The notes beneath the pieces were generated by a model that worked only from the letters and a program-made list of their open reading frames with translations, made no database searches and was not told where the DNA came from. A DNA stretch of 64,000 nucleotides from an uncultured cyanobacterium (lineage in GTDB: Bacteria; Cyanobacteriota; Cyanobacteriia; PCC-9006; JAAUQQ01), in NCBI GenBank assembly GCA_963718615.1, contig OY970368.1, positions 576,001-640,000 on the forward strand, given 5' to 3'. How positions within the stretch are numbered: position 1 is the first letter of the stretch; each line of letters begins with the position of its first letter. The position numbers were made by a program, and so were the translations under genes. This document shows positions 35,520 through 46,786 of the stretch, piece after piece.

Positions 35520-38369
35520 TTAGGCCAGCAACCCACCGGATTTACCGGTCAGCAATCCCTCCAGCTCGGCGAGGAGCGCTTGATTGCCCAGGGGTTTGGT
35601 GTAGTAGCCCGTGGCTCCGAGTTTGCGCGCTTGGCCGACGTGGCGATCGCCCTGGCGCGAAGTCAACAGGGCAACCGGCAAGGTCGCCAACGCAGCGGTT
35701 TGCCGAATCCGGCTGAGCAACTGGAAGCCATCCATCCGAGGCATTTCCACGTCCGAGACCACCGCATCACACCGGAGACCCGCCACCAGTCGATCCCAGG
35801 CTTCCTGGCCATCGCGGCATTGCACCACCTGATATCCCAAACGTTCGAGCGATCGCACCATCCAGCGCCGCACCGTCAGAGAATCATCCACCACCAAAAT
35901 CTGACGCCCTGAGGCTTGGGGTTTCGCCGCTGCCGCTGGCCTGGATTCTGGCCTGGATCCTGGCATGGATTCTGGCATGTCCCCCAGCGGAGTCCCTGAG
36001 AGGCACGACAGGGTTAGCGCTTCCGGCTTAATCACCAGCACCACCTCGCCTGAGGGCAGCACCGTGCAGCCTGCTACGTAGGGTGGCGTTGGAATCCAGT
36101 CCTCTAGGGGTTTGAGTACCATTTCCTGCTCCGAGAGCAGTTGATCCACGGCGATCGCCAAGGGGTGTCCCGCCGCTTCAATCACCATGCCGATTTGGGC
36201 CGTTGGCTTCAATCCCAGGGGAGTGGGGGAGTGGGCGATCGCCCCAGCCGCATTGGACCAAAGTTGCAGCAAAGATCGCAGCGGAATCGTTTGCTCCCGC
36301 CAGGTGAGACTCTCCCCCTGGGCCTCCACCGCAGACAGGGGCACGAAATCCAAAATTTGAATCGACGGAACCGCCAACTGGAGCGGCGGAGCCGGATCGC
36401 GACGGCTCTGACAAACCAGCAGCGGCAGAATATTAATCGAGAGGGGCAGCGTCAGACTAAACCGGGTGCCCTGTCCCGGCTGGCTTTCGACCCCAACGGT
36501 GCCGCGCCATTGCTCCACTTGAGCCTTGACCACATCTAGCCCGACGCCTCGTCCCGAGAGTTCACTCACGCTTTCTGCGGTCGAGAAACCAGGATGAAAT
36601 AACAGGTTCATCAAGGTCCGATCATCCGGTCGGTGCTCCCCCACCAGTCCCTGCTGATGGGCTTTGGCGTAGATTCGCTCTAGGTCAAGCCCCCGACCAT
36701 CATCGCTGAGCGCTATCATCACCTGGGTGCCGGTTTGCCGCGCTGCGAGCCGAATCACTGCCTGGGATGGTTTGCCGCGCCGCTGTCGCTCCAGGGGAAG
36801 CTCGATGCCGTGGTCAAAGGCATTGCGCAGCAAGTGCAGCATGGGCTCATAGAGCTGGTCCAGGAGCGCCCGATCCACCAGGGTTTCGCCTCCCATGATC
36901 TCCAGTTCGACCGTTTTGCCAAACCGTTGATTCAGGTCCCACAGGGGCCGCCGAAACCGCTCGGCCAAGGTTGAGAAAGGCCGCATCCGCGTCGCCACCA
37001 ACCCCGTTCGCAGGGACTGGATCTGGGTCTGCATCTGGTCCATCGCCTCCTGGGCACCCTGGGTAAAGAGGGAAATATCCGAGGTATTTTCTTCCAGGCG
37101 GGTGAGGAGTTCCTGGAAATCCTGAAGCACGGAGTGGAGGCCTGTGAACTGATCCATCTCCAAGGCATCGAAAGTTCCATCTAGATTTCCATCCAGATTT
37201 CCATCCAGATTCCCGCCAAGATTCTCGACCAACCCAAGATTCTCGACCAACCCATCGGCAGGGTTGCTGGGAGAAGCGGAGGTTTGTCCTGGTAACAGCC
37301 ACTGGTCGTAGAGATTCTGGATTTTTTCCCGGACCCCATAGAACTGTCGTGCTCGACGGCGCATATCTTGATTGGACTGGTCCAGGCGGCGGTGCTCCAG
37401 TTTGAGCGTTTCGTAGCCGATTAACAATTCCCCCAGAGAATCATTGAGATGGTTCAACCGCGCCACCGGCACCCGCATGGTCAGATCTGGAGAGACATGG
37501 GCCGAAGGTGAATCTGGACGGCTGAGAGCCCTTTCCGCATGCGGTTTGCAGGCTGTGGATTTGGCGATCGCGACCGATGGTACAGCCAAGGCATCACGGG
37601 GGTCCGTTGCGACCTCTCCGCCAAAAAGCGGCGGCGACTGGCCTTGCAAAACCAAGCTTCTGGCGGTTTGTAGATAGTCTAAGAGCGCCTGGGTTTGGTC
37701 CAATGTCGGCGCAGCACTGGTCCGCAGGGTTTGCATCGCCGCCACGGCATGGCGCAACCAGCTCAGATTCAGCACCTCCGCCAGCATTTGGCAGGTTTCG
37801 CCCAGGGTTTCTAGGGTGGAGGCGATCGCCCCCGCTCCCCCAATTTCCAACTGATTCGCCGCATCTTCCAACAACTGCCGAAAGTCACTTTCCAAAACCA
37901 ATTGAACCGGATCCACCCCGCCTGCTGTGACCCGAGCATCTGGCCCCAAACCCTCTGCCGGTTGTGCACAGTCTTGCAGCAATGCTTCTAGCCCCGCCGT
38001 CAGCGAAGAGACTGGATCCAGGTCGCCTGCCGCCGCCGCACTCAAGAGCCGCCGCACCTCGTCAATGCCCTCAACCAGCAGTTGCTGCGCTAACTCAGCC
38101 TCCAGAACCCGCTGATCGCGACAGGCCACCAAGACATCTTCCAGACGATGGGACAGTTGGCTGAGTCCTTGGAGCTGGGCCAATCCTGCCCCCCCCTTGA
38201 GCGTATGGGCCGCACGCAACAGATCCCGCCAGCCTCCAAACTGTTGAGGGGCAGTTCCTAAACTCAAAATTCCCGCTTCGAGTTCCGCGAGATACTCGGG
38301 TGCATCTTCGTGGATAAAGCAGTGACGAACTTCCTGCTCAATCTCGCTTAAATGGTCAAGGCTTAGCAT
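35520..38369 (-). CDS. CheA-like hybrid histidine kinase (Hpt-HATPase-CheW-REC)
   Basis: RAAHTLKGGA, HLLRNAFDHGIE, DDGRGLD, SGRGVGLDVV, VVDDS...SDVEMPRMDG. Confidence 0.95.
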   Translation of the reverse strand: MLSLDHLSEIEQEVRHCFIHEDAPEYLAELEAGILSLGTAPQQFGGWRDLLRAAHTLKGGAGLAQLQGLSQLSHRLEDVLVACRDQRVLEAELAQQLLVEGIDEVRRLLSAAAAGDLDPVSSLTAGLEALLQDCAQPAEGLGPDARVTAGGVDPVQLVLESDFRQLLEDAANQLEIGGAGAIASTLETLGETCQMLAEVLNLSWLRHAVAAMQTLRTSAAPTLDQTQALLDYLQTARSLVLQGQSPPLFGGEVATDPRDALAVPSVAIAKSTACKPHAERALSRPDSPSAHVSPDLTMRVPVARLNHLNDSLGELLIGYETLKLEHRRLDQSNQDMRRRARQFYGVREKIQNLYDQWLLPGQTSASPSNPADGLVENLGLVENLGGNLDGNLDGNLDGTFDALEMDQFTGLHSVLQDFQELLTRLEENTSDISLFTQGAQEAMDQMQTQIQSLRTGLVATRMRPFSTLAERFRRPLWDLNQRFGKTVELEIMGGETLVDRALLDQLYEPMLHLLRNAFDHGIELPLERQRRGKPSQAVIRLAARQTGTQVMIALSDDGRGLDLERIYAKAHQQGLVGEHRPDDRTLMNLLFHPGFSTAESVSELSGRGVGLDVVKAQVEQWRGTVGVESQPGQGTRFSLTLPLSINILPLLVCQSRRDPAPPLQLAVPSIQILDFVPLSAVEAQGESLTWREQTIPLRSLLQLWSNAAGAIAHSPTPLGLKPTAQIGMVIEAAGHPLAIAVDQLLSEQEMVLKPLEDWIPTPPYVAGCTVLPSGEVVLVIKPEALTLSCLSGTPLGDMPESMPGSRPESRPAAAAKPQASGRQILVVDDSLTVRRWMVRSLERLGYQVVQCRDGQEAWDRLVAGLRCDAVVSDVEMPRMDGFQLLSRIRQTAALATLPVALLTSRQGDRHVGQARKLGATGYYTKPLGNQALLAELEGLLTGKSGGLLA

Positions 38370-38377
38370 ATCGAACT

Positions 38378-40942
38378 CTATCCAGAATGGGAGGCGCGGA
38401 ACCGGGCGATCGACACCCGTAACTGCTCGGCCACGGTCACCAAGCGTTTGAGCGTATCGGATACGGCGTTGGACTCCGAGGCGCTATTCTCCGCCACCGC
38501 AGCGACGCTTTGCATGGTCAAACTGACGCTCTGGGAGGTTTGGGTTTGGGAGGCGGTGCTCACCGAAATCGACTGGAGCAATTCGTCGATGGTTTGATTG
38601 GTTTTGACCAAGGAAGATAGGGTGGTTCGGGTATGGGACACGAGCTGAGATCCGGTCACCACCTGCTCGGTGCCTTTTTCCATCATCGTCAGCACCTCCG
38701 CCGTTTCTAGCTGAATCCCGGTCACCAGTTGTTCGATTTCCTTCGTGGCATTCGTGACCTGTTCCGCCAAACGACGCACCTCATCGGCGACAATGCGGAA
38801 GCCTTGACCATGTTCACCGGCCCGCACCGCTTCAATGGAAGCATTGAACGCCAAGAGATTGGTTTTGGCCGAAATCTCAGAAATCAACCCAACAATTTTG
38901 GAAATTTCCTGGGAGGATTCCGTTAGGCGTTTCACTTTCTTCGAGGTTTCCGCCACGCTGCCCCGGAGTTGATTGATGCTGGTAACGGTTTGGTCCATGG
39001 CAGTTCCCCCGGCGATCGCCGCCTGGGATGCTTCCCGCGCGATCGTCGCCGCCTCCGCTGCCGAACCCGCCACCGTTTGAATCGATTGCACCATTTCATC
39101 CACCGAATCTAGGGCCTGACGGATGGATTCCGCCTGCTCAAAGGCCGCTTCGGCGAGCTGATTCATCGAAGTATCGCTACGGGTGGCATTTAGACTCACC
39201 TGCTGGGCCATATCCTGAACCTGCAGCACCAGGGTTTGCAAACTCGTCAGCGTGGCGTTAAAGGCATCGGCCACCGACCCCATTTCGTCATCCGAAACCC
39301 GAGCCCGCACGCTCAAGTCCCCCTGTCTGGCCCCATCAATTTCGATCAGTAATTGCAGAACGCGCTTTTGCAACCGTTCCGCCTCCTGCCGCTGGCGCTC
39401 TGCTTCCTGACGATGCTGGTCCATCAAGCCTTCAGACTGCTGCGTGGACTGGAGCATACTGTCCGCCATATGGTTAAAGGATTGCGCCAGTTCGCCAATT
39501 TCATCTGTTGCAAAACCCTCTGCCCGGACCTGGAGGTTGCCCTCAGCGAGTTGCTGAGCCATCCGATTCAGCCGCAAAATGGGCTGGGCGATCGCCCGTG
39601 CCAACCCCAAGGCCAGCACCACCCCCATCCCCAAAATTACTAAGGACAAGGCCCCCTGCTGTAGCAAACTGCGCTGCAAGAGCTGGCTCACGGATTCCTC
39701 AGAGGTTCCCCAAAGCAAGACTGCGATCGGTTGCCCCGCAGCATTCTGAATGGCCCGCGCCGCAACGGTATAGGGCTGACCTTCGAGCCGGATACGCTGG
39801 GTCACGGGTGTCCCCCCTGCCGCCAAAGCCCGCGCCAAAAAGGCATCATCCTTGAGCTCAACGGCTTGGGTTTGGCGCGATCCCGCTTGGAAAAATGAGG
39901 TGCTTGGCTCAAACGTCCCGTCCAGACGCGGCAGATAAATGGCGCTATAGCCCTGGCCAAAGGTATTGACCGTCGCTTCCACAATCGTCGATTTGCCATT
40001 GACCAAATCCCCGGCCACCAAGGCCCCAATGATTTTTTGGGTGTCAGGATTGCGGACCGGCGTGACCACATAGCGCACCAATAAATCCTCCTGCTCTAGA
40101 CCTTCCGGCAGGGGCGGCTCCTCCCGCTGGAGCTCCGAGGGGGCGATCGCCGTCGTGGCCTTAATCTGTTCTCCCCGCGACAAAACCGCCGTCACCAATT
40201 GATCCGGGTCAAACTTCTCCCCGCGACGATTGGCATTGGCGTTAGCCACAATTTTGCCCTGGGCATCCACCAAGGTGGCATATTCAATCTTGCGAGCCTG
40301 GGTCTCATTTTTCAAAATTGCCAACAGTTGCGCCGAAGCTTGGCCCGTCTCGGCAGCCTCAATCACCGCTGGGTTATCGGATTGCCCCCGAAACCCAAAC
40401 CCCATTTGGTCAATCTTGAGGTTGTATTGAAGTTCCGCGACCTTGAGCTCTGACTTGGCCTGTTCAAGCAGTTGCGATCGCAACCCCGCAGTCAATAGCG
40501 TTGCCCCCACCCCCACCAAACCCATCACCGAAATTACCTCTGCCGCCACCAGCCCCAGCACCTGTTTGCGGCGAATTGGCAAATTAGCCAAGGGCTGTAG
40601 CCACCCCCTAAGCCCCGCTTTCGCTCCGGTCACCTCCGCCATCAACAGCAAGCTATCCAGGGGTTCGGGAGGAATGGGAACGGGCGATTCTGCCGCCTCC
40701 GGCAGGGCCTCTAAGCCCTCTAATGCCTTACGGGCCGTGGCTCCATACTGACCATCCGGATCCGCCACCCACAGCATCCGATAGACCGCGATCGCCGCAT
40801 CCAAGTCCCCAGCCTGTTGCAGACTACTGGCCTGCACCATGGTTTCCAGCAGTTGGTCCTCCGTCATCATGGGCGTTTCCGCCAAGGGCTCAGCGGGAGC
40901 AGAAGAAAAATTGGGAGAAAAAGCAGACGTTTGAGAGGTCAT
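38378..40942 (-). CDS. methyl-accepting chemotaxis protein (TPR-like N-terminus, periplasmic sensor, HAMP, MA)
   Basis: Two TM helices, [47 protein letters not shown]. Confidence 0.95.
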   Translation of the reverse strand: MTSQTSAFSPNFSSAPAEPLAETPMMTEDQLLETMVQASSLQQAGDLDAAIAVYRMLWVADPDGQYGATARKALEGLEALPEAAESPVPIPPEPLDSLLLMAEVTGAKAGLRGWLQPLANLPIRRKQVLGLVAAEVISVMGLVGVGATLLTAGLRSQLLEQAKSELKVAELQYNLKIDQMGFGFRGQSDNPAVIEAAETGQASAQLLAILKNETQARKIEYATLVDAQGKIVANANANRRGEKFDPDQLVTAVLSRGEQIKATTAIAPSELQREEPPLPEGLEQEDLLVRYVVTPVRNPDTQKIIGALVAGDLVNGKSTIVEATVNTFGQGYSAIYLPRLDGTFEPSTSFFQAGSRQTQAVELKDDAFLARALAAGGTPVTQRIRLEGQPYTVAARAIQNAAGQPIAVLLWGTSEESVSQLLQRSLLQQGALSLVILGMGVVLALGLARAIAQPILRLNRMAQQLAEGNLQVRAEGFATDEIGELAQSFNHMADSMLQSTQQSEGLMDQHRQEAERQRQEAERLQKRVLQLLIEIDGARQGDLSVRARVSDDEMGSVADAFNATLTSLQTLVLQVQDMAQQVSLNATRSDTSMNQLAEAAFEQAESIRQALDSVDEMVQSIQTVAGSAAEAATIAREASQAAIAGGTAMDQTVTSINQLRGSVAETSKKVKRLTESSQEISKIVGLISEISAKTNLLAFNASIEAVRAGEHGQGFRIVADEVRRLAEQVTNATKEIEQLVTGIQLETAEVLTMMEKGTEQVVTGSQLVSHTRTTLSSLVKTNQTIDELLQSISVSTASQTQTSQSVSLTMQSVAAVAENSASESNAVSDTLKRLVTVAEQLRVSIARFRASHSG

Positions 40943-40955
40943 GGTTCGGACGGTA

Positions 40956-41468
40956 TCAATGGGATAGGACTTTGAGGGGCGATCGCAGCGGCCAGCCCGT
41001 AGACGTCAGCAAGCGCTGAGTATCGAGCAACAGCAAGGGCGGTTGACGTTGAACAACGCCGCGAAAGGCCGTGTGAATTTGAGGGGGAAATTGCTCGGGA
41101 ACGGGTTGAATCAGGCGATCGCCCACCGTCACCAGCCCCTGAAGTCGGGCCACGACACAGGCCAAATGCCGGTCTTCCTGAGGATGAGCCAGCACCACCG
41201 CCGTCCAGCCCAGGGCAGAAACATCCTCCTTCAAGGGTGAGGACGCCTGCGGGTCTCGACGTAGCGATAGAAAATCACTGAGATTCACGGTCCAGAGCAA
41301 TCGACCCCGCCAGTGGATCACCCCCAGCAACCGATGATTCACCCCCGGAATGGGACAAATTTGATCGGGTTGAATCCCCAATACCTCGGCAACCTCCTGA
41401 GCCGGTAGGCCCACGGGCAACTGTTGCCGTAGCAAAACTTCTAAATATTCAGTCGATTGCGTCTCCAT
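40956..41468 (-). CDS. CheW adaptor
   Basis: [27 protein letters not shown]; ATG 41468 preferred. Confidence 0.92.
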   Translation of the reverse strand: METQSTEYLEVLLRQQLPVGLPAQEVAEVLGIQPDQICPIPGVNHRLLGVIHWRGRLLWTVNLSDFLSLRRDPQASSPLKEDVSALGWTAVVLAHPQEDRHLACVVARLQGLVTVGDRLIQPVPEQFPPQIHTAFRGVVQRQPPLLLLDTQRLLTSTGWPLRSPLKVLSH

Positions 41469-41484
41469 GCCGTCAGTTCTAACC

Positions 41485-41862
41485 TCATTGGGCGGATGGG
41501 AAACAGGTTTTGACAGCATCTAGCAGTTCTTGGGGGGCAAAGGGTTTCACCAAATAGGCCGACCCGCCCTGACGCAGTCCCCAGAAGCGATCGAAATCTT
41601 GGTCCTTAGACGTACAGAAAATCACCGGAACTTTTTCCGTTTCCGGTTTTGCCCGCAATTGCCGACACAAATCAAACCCGCTAATACCGGGCATGACGAC
41701 ATCAATCACCAGCAGATCCGGAACTTGATGGGTTAACCATTCCAAGGCCGACTCACCGCTATCCACCGACTCCACCGATAAACCCATTTGCCCCAACAAC
41801 GCGACAATTAGGCGTTGATCCGAGCGGGAATCATCCACCACTAAGGCTTTTTTGTCCTTCAT
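41485..41862 (-). CDS. CheY-like response regulator (PilH/PixH type)
   Basis: VVDDS, DVVMPGISG, TSKDQDFDRFWGLRQG, KPF. Confidence 0.95.
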   Translation of the reverse strand: MKDKKALVVDDSRSDQRLIVALLGQMGLSVESVDSGESALEWLTHQVPDLLVIDVVMPGISGFDLCRQLRAKPETEKVPVIFCTSKDQDFDRFWGLRQGGSAYLVKPFAPQELLDAVKTCFPSAQ

Positions 41863-43061
41863 GCTCTGATTTCCTCTAACTGAACGTACTTAGCCACTGT
41901 GTCCATCAAGGTTTTAGCTTCAAAGGGTTTGGTGATGTAATCCGTAGACCCCGCGACCTTGGCTCGAACCTTGTCAATAAAGCCATCTCGTCCGGTCAAC
42001 ATCACAATCGGCATATGCTTGAGCATGGCGGATTGCCGTAGCAACCGACAGAGCTCGTAACCATCCAAATTCGGCATACTAATATCCATTAAAATCAGCG
42101 CTGGTTTTTCCTTTGCCAAAGAAGACAGGGCCTGCAAGGGATTGGTTAAGCCCAAAACGCGGTAGCCTGCCGCTTCCAAAATCAGCTTGACATTGCGCTG
42201 AACGGTCACACTATCGTCAATACAAACAATCGTCGCCTTCGGTTGTCTAACTTCGGTTCGACCATAGGAAATTGCCGCCAAAATTTGAGATTCAACACCC
42301 TTTGCGAGCAGGGTTGCTACCTGCAAAACATCTGCATTTAAGCGAGAGGCCAACTGATAAATACAGGGCTGATCTTCCAAAATATTGGAGAAGGACAGAT
42401 GGCTGTGTTGGCTCGTGAGCAAATCCAGTTTTGGGCTCAGCTCCTTATCAAAACGCCGCTGGTCTGCAATCCCAATCCGTTGCAACGGCGAGGTAATGTG
42501 AGGCCGAAGCTGCTGCCAGGTGCCAATTTGACCGGCGATGGGGGAGATCAAATCCCGGAGGGGCATGGTCATGAGAATGGGGTCTAGGCCGATGGTGCGA
42601 TCAAACTGAATGACCGCCTGAGGCATGGACAGCACATGCACCAAAGCCTCCTGGCTAAAGAGGCGGACAAAGGTACGTAACTGGTTGAGCGTGATTTGTC
42701 CCGTTTTCCAAGCGCGATAGAGAAACAGATAGGCAGAGCCTTCAAACTCCACCGCCACTTGCCCCAGGAGGTTCGATCGCGTCCGTTGCAGGATGTAATC
42801 CAATCGCTCCCGCTCTCCCACCGTACTATTCACAAAGTGCAGTTGTCCTTTGCCCACATAGACCGTCCAAGCGGTGGATTCTTCGCTGACACTGCGAATC
42901 ACCAGCCGACCTGAAATTTCCCGCTGCATGACGTTGTGCAGGGCTTTAGGGGGCGATGCAACAACGCCGGGGGTGTTGAGCATCGAATCTTGCGAAGCAG
43001 GGTGAGAAGCAGACATGAAGGAAGACTGCGATGGGATCTTGTGCTCAGTAGAGTTCAGCAT
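41859..43061 (-). CDS. PatA-family response regulator (PATAN + REC; PilG/PixG type)
   Basis: N-terminal SGRLVI...W.VY...G.L.F; C-terminal CIDDS, DISMPNLDGY, MLTGRDGFIDKVRA. Confidence 0.92.
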   Translation of the reverse strand: MLNSTEHKIPSQSSFMSASHPASQDSMLNTPGVVASPPKALHNVMQREISGRLVIRSVSEESTAWTVYVGKGQLHFVNSTVGERERLDYILQRTRSNLLGQVAVEFEGSAYLFLYRAWKTGQITLNQLRTFVRLFSQEALVHVLSMPQAVIQFDRTIGLDPILMTMPLRDLISPIAGQIGTWQQLRPHITSPLQRIGIADQRRFDKELSPKLDLLTSQHSHLSFSNILEDQPCIYQLASRLNADVLQVATLLAKGVESQILAAISYGRTEVRQPKATIVCIDDSVTVQRNVKLILEAAGYRVLGLTNPLQALSSLAKEKPALILMDISMPNLDGYELCRLLRQSAMLKHMPIVMLTGRDGFIDKVRAKVAGSTDYITKPFEAKTLMDTVAKYVQLEEIRA

Positions 43062-43369
43062 GGCAGCTCAATCAGGAGACGAATCAATCGGTGAGAAATG
43101 CAGGTGAAGCATGCATTGGCTTAGCTCGTCAAGGACAGCGGTATCCATGCATTTTGTCCAACCGGACCGAATCCATGAAAAGTCCTGCTCCTGCGATCGA
43201 CCGGTCTGAGGCTCAGCCTGAGACGGGGCGAGACACCATACAAATATTTGTATTTCCTACTTTCTAGGTTTCCCGCTGAGCTCAGGGATCTAAAGCCAGC
43301 GTTAGAATTGTCAGGGACTGGAAACTTGCGAATTTTGACATTATTGGGGCGATCGCCCCATCTTTTACC

Positions 43370-43606
43370 ATGTCTGTCACCCTCCGTTTTTTGCCCAACA
43401 ATCTCACGGTTCAAGCAGAACCTGGCGAAGAGTTGCTGGCGGTTGCGCAGCGAGCTGGGATTGCGATTCCTACAGGCTGCATGATGGGGTCTTGCCATGC
43501 CTGTGAGGTGGATTTGAATGGTGAACCGGTTTGTAGCTGTATTACAGCGGTGCCATCGGCGACAGAAGAAATTACGATTGATCTCTATAGCGATCCAACC
43601 TGGTAA
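43370..43606 (+). CDS. small 2Fe-2S ferredoxin-like protein
   Basis: GCMMGSCHACEV...CSC. Confidence 0.9.
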   Translation: MSVTLRFLPNNLTVQAEPGEELLAVAQRAGIAIPTGCMMGSCHACEVDLNGEPVCSCITAVPSATEEITIDLYSDPTW

Positions 43607-43663
43607 TCCGGGTCCATGCGCCTGACAATCCCTGGCAACCTCTCGTAACCGTTTGCAATATTT

Positions 43664-44947
43664 ATGAACCCTACCCTGACCCAAATTGGCGAACAGATGT
43701 CGGCCCTGACAGGGGTGCGCGCCATTATGAAGGACATCATTGAGACGCTCCGCAGCGCTCAGGCTCAGGGGGGGCAAGGCCAGGATTTTATTAATTTGAG
43801 TGCCGGGAATCCGGTGATTTTGCCAGCGGTCGAGCAGCTCTGGCGAGACTGTACGGCGGAGCTGTTGGCCAGTGAAGAGTATGGGGAGGTGGTTTGTCGG
43901 TATGGGTCGAGTCAGGGGTATCAGCCGTTGATTGAGGCGATCGCCCAGGATTTCAACCAGCGTTATGGCTTAGGGTTGAGCGATCGCAATCTCCTGATCA
44001 CCCCCGGCAGCCAGTCGCTCTATTTTCTAGCGGCCAATGCCTACGGCGGTCACACCCCCGAGGGACAGCTCAAAAATATTGTGCTTCCCCTCAGCCCAGA
44101 CTACACCGGCTATGGCGGCATTAGCCTCGTGCCAGAAGCGCTGATCGCCTATCGGCCCCACATCGATATCCTCGCGCCCCATCGGTTTAAGTACCGCCCG
44201 GACTTTAGCCAGGTGCAGATTAATGAGCAAACCGGGATGGTCCTGTTTTCGCGCCCCTGTAATCCGACGGGGAATGTCTTGAGCCAGGATGAAGTGGAAA
44301 AGCTGGCCCAGCTCGCGGCCCCCTATGACGTGCCGGTGTTTGTGGATTCGGCCTATGCGCCGCCCTATCCGGGGTTGAACTTTACGGACATGGAGCCGGT
44401 GTTTGGTCCGAATATTGTCCATTGCATCAGTTTGTCTAAGGCCGGATTACCTGGTGAGCGGCTGGGGGTGGTAATTGGGCCGGAGCGGATTATTCAGAAT
44501 CTGGAGGCGTTTCAGACGAATTTTTGTATTCATTCGTCGCGGTATGGGCAGGCGATCGCCGCCCGAGCCATTCGTTCAGGAGCCCTCGGCCACTTGGCGG
44601 AAACGGTGATTCGTCCCCATTATGGTCAAAAGTTTGAGGTGATTGAATCGAGCCTGGATGCGTTCATGCCCGAGGCGCTGCCTTGGTATTTGCACAAGGG
44701 TGAGGGGGCGATTTTTGCTTGGCTCTGGCTAGATGAGCTGCCCATGACGGATTGGGAGTTTTATCAGCAGCTCAAGCGGGTCGGGTTGATTGTGGTCCCA
44801 GGGTCTTCGTTCTTCCCTGGCTTGCGGGAGGATTGGGCTCACACACGGCAATGTTTGCGCATTAGCCTCACGGCTCCGGCGGAGGAACTGCGCGAAGGCA
44901 TGCGGCGCTTGGCTCAGGTGGTAGCGGAGGTCTATGCTCACGCTTAG
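43664..44947 (+). CDS. avtA: valine--pyruvate aminotransferase
   Basis: INLSAGNP, SRPCNPTGN, DSAY, SLSKAGLPGERLG, EGAIFAWLW. Confidence 0.92.
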   Translation: MNPTLTQIGEQMSALTGVRAIMKDIIETLRSAQAQGGQGQDFINLSAGNPVILPAVEQLWRDCTAELLASEEYGEVVCRYGSSQGYQPLIEAIAQDFNQRYGLGLSDRNLLITPGSQSLYFLAANAYGGHTPEGQLKNIVLPLSPDYTGYGGISLVPEALIAYRPHIDILAPHRFKYRPDFSQVQINEQTGMVLFSRPCNPTGNVLSQDEVEKLAQLAAPYDVPVFVDSAYAPPYPGLNFTDMEPVFGPNIVHCISLSKAGLPGERLGVVIGPERIIQNLEAFQTNFCIHSSRYGQAIAARAIRSGALGHLAETVIRPHYGQKFEVIESSLDAFMPEALPWYLHKGEGAIFAWLWLDELPMTDWEFYQQLKRVGLIVVPGSSFFPGLREDWAHTRQCLRISLTAPAEELREGMRRLAQVVAEVYAHA

Positions 44948-46419
44948 GCAGATAGCTCGGCTTTGGATTCTGGACCCAATCCCCAGACAAACTCCGCTAG
45001 CCATTCCTTAACCACGTAGGTGGCGCGGCAATCGTCTTCGTTGTAGACCAAAATGCGATCGAGCTGGGCGCGATCGCCCGTTTTCAACCATTCCACATAC
45101 CAAAAAATCGCCTGCGCCCCATTGGCTTCCCCATCGCGCCAGTCAAACCCCACCCAGCGAGCAATGTGCTTGAGGGCATAGCTTTCCACGGGCATCGTCA
45201 CCGTGTGGGTCACCCAATAGTGAATATCGACAAACCGAGAAACCAACCCCTCAATCACCAGAGGTTCCGTGCCATAGAGCCGACCCAGACGCCGCATGGT
45301 GTCCGCTTCGTAGCTGCAAAAGTGGTAAACCGGTGCATTGCCGTGGACCTGGCAAACGAACGCCAGAAATTCTTCCCAACACTGCTGCTCGTCCTCGGGT
45401 TTTTCGGCCACGAACGAGTGAAACGTTTCGGTGTCCCGCCGATGGTCGACGACCAAAACCCCGTGGAGAAAGGCAATGCCCAAGTCTGGTTCCGCTTCGA
45501 TGTCAAAATAGAGCTCTACGGGCGATCGCAATACCGGGGGCATCGGCACCACCGGCGGTCGCACAGGGCGATTACTCCAAGTGGACTGGGCCTGTTCGAT
45601 CATCTTATGGGCCACCGCCGGACCAAAACCGGGCAAATTTTCCAGCACCTTGGGTTTGGTTTGCCGCAGGATCTCCAGCGTCGTAATTCCGACATGCTGC
45701 AAATAGCCATAGCGTTTGGGCGTCACCCCCGGCAATAGCGACAGATGTTGCTGCTCCACGGCAATGTCGTGGCAAAAATGCTGCCAGGCACAGAGCCCAC
45801 AACGATTGCGCGCAATAAACACTTCGGGCTCAATGGGACCACTCAGCATTTGTGTACAGCCCTCTAAGAGCTCCAGCATGGCGTCCAGTCGCTCCTGCCA
45901 GAGGACGTAGAACGGATCGCGATCGCGCAACAACAGCCAGCTCGCCTCCGGTGCCTGACCCTGAACCTCCGCCAATAGCCAAGCATGGAGCGTCGCCACC
46001 AATTGATACTCCAGCTTGGGGCGACGGCCCAGTTTAATTTGCGCCGGTTCATATTCCCAATTGCCCCAGCGGGAGCGTCCTGGTCGTTTCAAGAGCAAAT
46101 CCGGCTGAGAGGAATAGATCACATGGGCATAGGCTTCATCCCCCGGTACCCACAGGATGCCTTTATAGATACAGTCAATCCCCTCGGCCATCAGGGCTTC
46201 GGTTGCCACAGCCCCCGCTGCGCGATCGCCTTCCGGATAGTCCGGCTGGATGGAGTCATAGGTGGCCAAAACCGTTTGGCGATTCGCAATGCCATCCGCG
46301 ATGATCTTGTTGAGGTAGTCCCCCGGTGGATCGCGCTGTTCGCGATCGCCATATCTTTCTAAGTAGGCCCGCCGATGACAGCGCAGATAATGGAGGAACA
46401 GATCATCACTCAGCAGCAT
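44944..46419 (-). CDS. TM0106-family RecB-like nuclease
   Basis: YLRCHRRAYL, PDLL, C..C.W...C, YFDIE, YALKHIA, YNEDDCRAT. Confidence 0.88.
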   Translation of the reverse strand: MLLSDDLFLHYLRCHRRAYLERYGDREQRDPPGDYLNKIIADGIANRQTVLATYDSIQPDYPEGDRAAGAVATEALMAEGIDCIYKGILWVPGDEAYAHVIYSSQPDLLLKRPGRSRWGNWEYEPAQIKLGRRPKLEYQLVATLHAWLLAEVQGQAPEASWLLLRDRDPFYVLWQERLDAMLELLEGCTQMLSGPIEPEVFIARNRCGLCAWQHFCHDIAVEQQHLSLLPGVTPKRYGYLQHVGITTLEILRQTKPKVLENLPGFGPAVAHKMIEQAQSTWSNRPVRPPVVPMPPVLRSPVELYFDIEAEPDLGIAFLHGVLVVDHRRDTETFHSFVAEKPEDEQQCWEEFLAFVCQVHGNAPVYHFCSYEADTMRRLGRLYGTEPLVIEGLVSRFVDIHYWVTHTVTMPVESYALKHIARWVGFDWRDGEANGAQAIFWYVEWLKTGDRAQLDRILVYNEDDCRATYVVKEWLAEFVWGLGPESKAELSA

Positions 46420-46786
46420 GGTAATCCTACGACCTCCGCCATCTGGAACTGTCAGCGGTCATGGTTCGCTTCCTCGTGACTCGATAAACAAGCTGTCGGT
46501 GAACGGAATTTTGGTGTAAATGCGCCATGGGAGCGCTGTCCAAACTCAGTAATCAACCCGCGTCAAACTAGCATCAAACCGATTGAGGCACCCCTGTGCG
46601 GGAAGTTGCCAGCATTTTCGCACACAAAACTTAAGGCCAGTTGTCTCTAGCTTAACGATCACTTAAGTTTTTTGCGGCGATTCGGAGATTTCTTTACCTT
46701 TTGCGGAGATGGGTGCAGGACTGGTCGCGGGTTGCGATCGCCTGTCAAAATGAAGAGTTGACCTGGAGCAAGCCCCCTATCTCACC

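Noticed and set aside
43121-43777. 218 aa minus-strand ORF and the many other antisense/overlapping ORFs in the track
   Set aside because: They overlap well-supported genes (here the ferredoxin and avtA) and lack motifs; shadow ORFs of GC-rich DNA
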